A DNA stretch of 64,000 bases from an uncultured bacterium. GTDB lineage: Bacteria > Ratteibacteria > UBA8468 > B48-G9 > DSTR01. Of this stretch, positions 59,285 to 64,000 are shown one piece after another. Below the pieces are notes generated by a model. The model saw only the letters and a program-made list of their open reading frames with translations, did no database searches and was not told the DNA's origin. The stretch is taken from contig CAZYCA010000034.1 of the NCBI GenBank assembly GCA_964645405.1, positions 70,131 through 134,130 of the forward strand, in the 5' to 3' direction. Position 1 is the first letter of the stretch. Each line of letters starts with the position of its first letter. A program made the translations under genes and the position numbers.

Positions 59285-60754
59285 CTACTTTAATGCCGGA
59301 GATGGCTGAGATTCAGGAAGGCTGCCCCAGGGGCACCAGACCAGCTGTTTGATTATTCCTTCCCTTGTTTCAGCCAGAAGGGTTTTTTCCTTTCCTTCCA
59401 CTGTTACAGTCCAGATAGCCTCACTGTTAAGAACAAAGGCAATCCGGCTTCCATCAGGTTGAAAGCAAGCTTCCTGACAGCTAACATTCCGGGGTAAATC
59501 AGTAATTTTGGTGAGCCGACCACTAACTTCTACCAGGTAAATATTTTCCTTTTTTCCGGAGCCGGCTGCGCAGACAACAAAGGAATTTCCCTCCGGGCTC
59601 CAGGCATTCATACTATAACTGAACTGCCCGGCTTTTCCTCTTATTCCGGTAGGCATCACCTTACCTGTATAGACATCAATAACTACTAATTCTCTTTTTA
59701 ACTGCCCCCATTTCTTTTCTGGTAGCTGCGAGAGTTTCCTGCCAGAGCTGCCCTGACTGAGAAATCTTGTCGCCAGAAACCTTCGGCTGTCAGGTGACCA
59801 GACTATCGGCCTGGCTTCTACTCCTTCCAGGACAATAATCTGTTTCTGGCTGGTAGTCTCCAGTACCACCAGGTTGCCCATCCTTCCTTCCATCTCATAG
59901 AAAGCAACAGTAGCACCATCTGGCGACCAGCTGGGTAAAAAAACAGACTGATTCAACTTTCCGGCTAAAACTTCGGAAGTTTTCTGGTTTCCTTGTTTAT
60001 CCACAAAAATAACACGCCGGCCCTGACCTGTATGGACTGCAAGTAATTTCTGCTGCGGCACCCAGCTGGGATAACCACCATTACTCTCCACAGCGATCAC
60101 CTTACTTTCACCAGTTTCCAGGTTAAAAATCGCAAATGATTCCTCCGCTGTGCCGTCCTCTTTTTTCTTCAAGACTACTCCGACTAAAGTTTTTTCGTCA
60201 AACGCCCAGGTAAGGTATTCCACCAGACTTCCCACCTGTTTTAACCCTTTTCCTTGAGAAGTGACGACCCAGACCTGACCGGGCTGCTCTGGTGTATCTA
60301 TCAGGAAAGCCAGCTGCCAGATTCTTTTCGCCAGGAGCATTTTTGATTCTGCTTGCTTTTGCTGGCTATTTCTTAATCTTCTCTCCCTGATTTCTCTGTC
60401 CAGAGTATCAGGCAAACGTCGCAGAGAAGGTTCTTCCACTACGGAGATGACCTGGCCTTTGTTGTTGAAACCAATAGAAAGCCGGGGATAAAACCAGACT
60501 TCCATCATCTCCGTTTCAGAAATGTATCTCTTCGGTGGTAAACCTAATAACTCAGACACAACTGTAGCAGGCATACCAGGGATAATCTCAGCCTTTGCTA
60601 TGGCCTGCTTTACTGCCTCCGGTAACTCTGGCTTTTGCTTCAGGTACTCCTGTCTGAAATTCTGGTCCAGGAAAAAATCATTCTTCGCTGAGAATTTTTC
60701 CGTGGCACAGCCAGCCAGCAAAACCAAAACGGCAAACAGAACTGGTTTCCTCAT
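59285..60754 (-). CDS. Lipoprotein with an N-terminal BamE/SmpA-like domain and a C-terminal TolB-like WD40 beta-propeller
   Basis: The lipobox is LLAGCATE. IIPGMPATVVSELLGLP is BamE-like. The C-terminal region carries repeated ...SWSPDG.../...VWSPD... propeller blades as in TolB. Confidence 0.6.
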   Translation of the reverse strand: MRKPVLFAVLVLLAGCATEKFSAKNDFFLDQNFRQEYLKQKPELPEAVKQAIAKAEIIPGMPATVVSELLGLPPKRYISETEMMEVWFYPRLSIGFNNKGQVISVVEEPSLRRLPDTLDREIRERRLRNSQQKQAESKMLLAKRIWQLAFLIDTPEQPGQVWVVTSQGKGLKQVGSLVEYLTWAFDEKTLVGVVLKKKEDGTAEESFAIFNLETGESKVIAVESNGGYPSWVPQQKLLAVHTGQGRRVIFVDKQGNQKTSEVLAGKLNQSVFLPSWSPDGATVAFYEMEGRMGNLVVLETTSQKQIIVLEGVEARPIVWSPDSRRFLATRFLSQGSSGRKLSQLPEKKWGQLKRELVVIDVYTGKVMPTGIRGKAGQFSYSMNAWSPEGNSFVVCAAGSGKKENIYLVEVSGRLTKITDLPRNVSCQEACFQPDGSRIAFVLNSEAIWTVTVEGKEKTLLAETREGIIKQLVWCPWGSLPESQPSPALK

Positions 60755-60807
60755 CGTTCCTTCTTGTGTATTTATGTTATCATACTAAGACCTGATAGGG
60801 AAACAAT

Positions 60808-61455
60808 ATGGAACCAGATTATTTACAGCCGACTGACTTCTGCGACCTTAACCATCCAACGATAGGCAGGTATCTCCAGAAAATTATTAATTCTGCTTCT
60901 TCTGACAGGGAAAAGGCTATCGCCATTTTCCATTTTGTACGAGAGAAAATCCACTACCGGTTTAACTATCCTGGTACCCTGGCTTCTGTCACCCTGGCCG
61001 GTGGTAGCGGTAACTGTTTCAACAAAGCAAACCTGCAGATTGCTTTTCTCCGACGGGCTGGTATACCTTCTGCCTATGGTGTCTGCCTGATTCACCGGGA
61101 AGTTTTCCAGCCACTTCTACCCGAGGATATTTACCATCTTATCAGTGAGCCGACCGTTCATGCCTATGCCTGCTGCTGGCTGGATGAACACTGGGTAGCT
61201 GCTGATGCTACCATTGACAGAGAAGTTTTTGAGACCTTTTACCGCGGTCAACCAGGCTGGGATTACACTGACTGGGATGGCAAGACTGATTACCTGTTAC
61301 CCGCTTCCTACCTGATTGCACATCAGGGCTTTTACGCCAGCATTGACCTTTATTTACTTAACCCACCTCGCTTCTGGACAGATCAGCTTTTAACCCGGGC
61401 TAACAACTTTCTGGAAGAATGTCTGCGAAAAAATAAGTCTCAACCGAAGGGATAA
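60808..61455 (+). CDS. Transglutaminase-like cysteine protease superfamily protein
   Basis: The Cys block is GSGNCFNKANLQIAFLRRAGIPS. The His is at CCWLDEHWVAADATID, giving a C-H-D triad arrangement. Confidence 0.6.
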   Translation: MEPDYLQPTDFCDLNHPTIGRYLQKIINSASSDREKAIAIFHFVREKIHYRFNYPGTLASVTLAGGSGNCFNKANLQIAFLRRAGIPSAYGVCLIHREVFQPLLPEDIYHLISEPTVHAYACCWLDEHWVAADATIDREVFETFYRGQPGWDYTDWDGKTDYLLPASYLIAHQGFYASIDLYLLNPPRFWTDQLLTRANNFLEECLRKNKSQPKG

Positions 61456-62546
61456 AAATTCAACGCTGTCTCAAACATGGTAACAATGTTCTCCGACGGG
61501 GTACCGGCCTGGATGCTATGGGAAGGTCCAAGGATGTAACCCCCATTCTTACCCAGAATGGTAATCAATCTTTCCACTTCTTCCCTTACTTTTTCAGGGG
61601 AACCAAAGGGTAAAAGTTTCTGCACACTCACTCCACCCTGGAAAGAAATTCTTTCCCCGAACTCTTCTTTCAGGTAAACCGGATCCATCCCGCAGGCATC
61701 CAGCTGCAAACTCTGCAGGACATCCATTCCTATCTCTATCAAATTTCCCACCAGCGGAGCAATCGCTCCGTCAGAATGGTAAATAACAGTGGCGCCATAA
61801 TTGTGAATTAGTCTGTTCAATCTTTTGTGATGCGGTTTGATAAACCTTTCCCACAGCCCGGGAGCCATCAGCAAACCGTTCTGGCCAGCTAAATCGTCTG
61901 CGGTGAAAGCTAAATCAATTCTACCCTGGCCGGCTGCCAGCATCCGGGAAAAATAATCCACCATAAAATCAGCCACTTTTGTGAGAAGCCAGTCTGCCAG
62001 TTCCGGATTGATTACAAAGTCCAGCAGAAGATTTTCCAGACCCCGCATGTACCAGGCAGTCTCAAAAATGTTTCCATTGGCAACCATAATTGCCCAATCA
62101 CCTTCTTTTTCCAGACTTTTAATCCTTTCCGTCAGAACATCATAATCAAAGAAATCCGGGCTGGGCCAGGGATAGTCTCTTAGCTGGTCAATAGTTTTCA
62201 TACCTTTTAAGGGATAATAAACAATCTCCTGGTAATAATCCAGGCCACACCTTACTCTTTCCCGTTTTACCCCCCAGATGTCAGTCCCTGGTGCCAGTTC
62301 AGGTCCTTTATACTGAGGCAAGACCGTACGAATATCCAGAATTTTTCCCAGATACTCCTCAACACCTATGCCGCGTTTTCTCTGGAGGTAATCTTGCAGT
62401 GATTTTCTGGCTGGTTCATTGATGCCGGCACAGACAAGTGCGATAGGAATACGGTCTGTCTGCTGATGAGACAGAGCCAGCCTCACCCTTTCCCGGGACG
62501 AAAGGCTTGTTTTCCTCATTGTTTCCCTGTAAAATATTATAAACAC
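61440..62546 (-). CDS. Uroporphyrinogen decarboxylase (URO-D) family protein, a second paralog
   Basis: The 368 aa protein has URO-D fold-length blocks (RIPIALV..., DDLAGQNGLLMAP...). It is clearly distinct in sequence from 37945..39054. Confidence 0.65.
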   Translation of the reverse strand: MFIIFYRETMRKTSLSSRERVRLALSHQQTDRIPIALVCAGINEPARKSLQDYLQRKRGIGVEEYLGKILDIRTVLPQYKGPELAPGTDIWGVKRERVRCGLDYYQEIVYYPLKGMKTIDQLRDYPWPSPDFFDYDVLTERIKSLEKEGDWAIMVANGNIFETAWYMRGLENLLLDFVINPELADWLLTKVADFMVDYFSRMLAAGQGRIDLAFTADDLAGQNGLLMAPGLWERFIKPHHKRLNRLIHNYGATVIYHSDGAIAPLVGNLIEIGMDVLQSLQLDACGMDPVYLKEEFGERISFQGGVSVQKLLPFGSPEKVREEVERLITILGKNGGYILGPSHSIQAGTPSENIVTMFETALNFYPFG

Positions 62547-62551
62547 AACAG

Positions 62552-63796
62552 GTGCCTTCAGACAAAATAGCCACAGGCAGCTATATGTTTAATTGCGGTC
62601 TGATAGAAAGGTGTTTCCAGGCAGCCAGTATCCAGAGATGGAACGACCACATCCGGCCTGTGGAGCTGACGGAACTGGATAAACAAGCCCACAAGATGGT
62701 CCTGGCTTATGTCCTGGGGCGCTTTGAAGAAACAGAAAGGAAAATACCTGTTAACTGGATTCAGTTGATAGAAGGCGGTATCTTTGAATTTTTCCATCGT
62801 GTAATCCTTACTGATATCAAACCACCTGTTTTTCATCAGATGATGCGGGAAAAGGGAAAGGAGTTAAACCAGTATGTTCTGCAACAATTAGAAAAGGACC
62901 TGCGTTCCGTAGGAGAAGATTTTTACGAGCGCTTTCAGCAATATTTCTTTGACCAGAAACTGGCTCTCACCGAGAAACGGATACTGCGGGCTGCCCATTA
63001 TCTTGCCACTAACTGGGAATTCAGGATTATTTATAATACCAGCCGGTTAATCTACGGTATAGAAAAAACAAAAGAAGAAATTGAAAATGAAATCGAGGAT
63101 TACTACGACCTTATTGGAGTACAAAAAATTTCCCTGGGTAAGAAATCTTTTGGCTTCATCGACCTCTGCGGTCAGCTGCGTTTCCAGCAACGCTGGGCTC
63201 ATTCCCCGCGACTGCCCAGGACTTCAGTCTTAGGACATATGTTGATAGTGGCTATCAACTGTTACCTTTTCTCGCTGAAACTTAAACCTTTTCCCTGTAA
63301 CCGCCGCCTTTATAACAACTTTTTTGCTGCTCTTTTCCATGACCTACCAGAGGTTCTCACCAGGGATATCATCAGTCCGGTGAAAAAGTCCGTAGAGGGA
63401 CTGGACGAAATCATCAAACAGTATGAACAGCTTCAGCTGGAGCAACGTCTTCTCCCCCTTCTGCCAGAAAACTGGCGGGCGGAAATGAAATACTTTACCA
63501 CCAGCGAGTTTGAAAACCGCATCCTGGTTAACGGAAGAACAAGAATTCTCCCGGAAGAAATTGATGCTGACTGGAACAAGGATGGTTACTCACCGGTAGA
63601 TGGACGACTGGTTAAAATCTGCGATGACCTGGCTGCCTTTGTGGAGGTAATACTATCCCGGGCCCACGGTATTCGTTCCCGGGCAATGGAAGAATCAAGA
63701 CAGCAACTACTGAAAAAATACACCAATTTCACTGCTTCCGGTATTGATTTTGGTTCTTTCTTCAAGGAGTGCCAGAAATCACTTTCCTCTGCTTAA
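62552..63796 (+). CDS. HD-domain phosphohydrolase (YfbR-like 5'-deoxynucleotidase core) with a roughly 210 aa N-terminal extension
   Basis: RLPRTSVLGHMLIVA (His) together with ALFHDLPEVLTRDIISPVKK matches the YfbR HDxxExxTGDxxxPxK motif. The distal Asp is in ICDDLAAFVE. Confidence 0.6.
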   Translation: MPSDKIATGSYMFNCGLIERCFQAASIQRWNDHIRPVELTELDKQAHKMVLAYVLGRFEETERKIPVNWIQLIEGGIFEFFHRVILTDIKPPVFHQMMREKGKELNQYVLQQLEKDLRSVGEDFYERFQQYFFDQKLALTEKRILRAAHYLATNWEFRIIYNTSRLIYGIEKTKEEIENEIEDYYDLIGVQKISLGKKSFGFIDLCGQLRFQQRWAHSPRLPRTSVLGHMLIVAINCYLFSLKLKPFPCNRRLYNNFFAALFHDLPEVLTRDIISPVKKSVEGLDEIIKQYEQLQLEQRLLPLLPENWRAEMKYFTTSEFENRILVNGRTRILPEEIDADWNKDGYSPVDGRLVKICDDLAAFVEVILSRAHGIRSRAMEESRQQLLKKYTNFTASGIDFGSFFKECQKSLSSA

Positions 63797-64000
63797 CGGG
63801 TCCACCAGGCAAGCCTCCCGGAAACCCTTTTCCCTCAACCGGCAACTCGGACAAACTCCACAGGGCTTACTCCCGGAATGGTAGCAGGACCAACTAAGCG
63901 CAAAGTCCAGCCCCAGGCAGATACCTTTTTTCACAATTTCCGCTTTAGATAAAAAAAGAAGAGGGGCTTTCAGGAGCACTGATTTACCCTGTATTGTTGT
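63779..64000 (-). CDS. queC: 7-cyano-7-deazaguanine synthase QueC. Partial: the N-terminus lies beyond the window.
   Basis: The C-terminal Zn-binding motifs read SKAEIVKKGICLGLDFALSWSCYHSGSKPCGVCPSCRLREKGF. The open frame continues past position 64000. Confidence 0.75.
   Translation of the reverse strand, partial: TTIQGKSVLLKAPLLFLSKAEIVKKGICLGLDFALSWSCYHSGSKPCGVCPSCRLREKGFREACLVDPLSRGK

Noticed and set aside
1-64000. CRISPR arrays, tRNA or rRNA genes, and insertion sequences
   Set aside because: No regularly spaced direct repeats, no tRNA-like T-arm or acceptor patterns, and no transposase or integrase motifs were found on either strand.

Overview
This 64 kb window is a gene-dense stretch of bacterial chromosome. 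There are about 58 CDSs. There are no rRNA or tRNA genes, no CRISPR array and no transposase or integrase genes. A type-IV-pilin-like DUF1559 protein lies at the 5' edge. The window also holds many glycan-degrading genes (GH2, GH29 fucosidase, GH31, a disrupted sulfatase, FAD-oxidoreductase-family genes) and several URO-D-family paralogs. Together these suggest a glycan-degrading member of the Planctomycetes-Verrucomicrobia-Lentisphaerae group; this is inference from gene content only. Housekeeping anchors are lepA-hemW, a partial queC, radC, a Pit/PhoU-like pair, a ZIP transporter, an alpha/beta 2-oxoacid:ferredoxin oxidoreductase, alanine dehydrogenase and V-type ATPase subunits A and F. The more unusual content is: (i) an 8-gene co-directional operon that joins a TroA/ZnuA-type metal ABC importer to an outer-membrane beta-barrel, a small HCDH/CPGC membrane protein, an ABC-2 exporter and a TlpA-like thioredoxin with a multi-Cys tail; (ii) an MttB-superfamily methyltransferase gene with no corrinoid partner, embedded in and translationally coupled to a ROK/DegT/AlaDH/creatininase/GH29 operon; (iii) a FadD-like adenylase coupled by an ATGA overlap to an MMPL/RND exporter, followed by a LolA-like carrier and an outer-membrane barrel; (iv) an FAD-oxidoreductase followed by two tandem paralogous 7-bladed propellers with an unclassified YG...LF.YD blade signature; (v) an orphan V-ATPase F-A gene pair followed directly by GH2 and two GT-C-like membrane proteins, with a 1 kb AT-rich non-coding gap upstream; (vi) a roughly 207 nt rod-like structured-RNA candidate in the intergenic region before the FAD-oxidoreductase gene; (vii) a sulfatase pseudogene with a homopolymer frameshift and an in-frame TAG. 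All family assignments rest on motifs read from the translations; no database searches were run.
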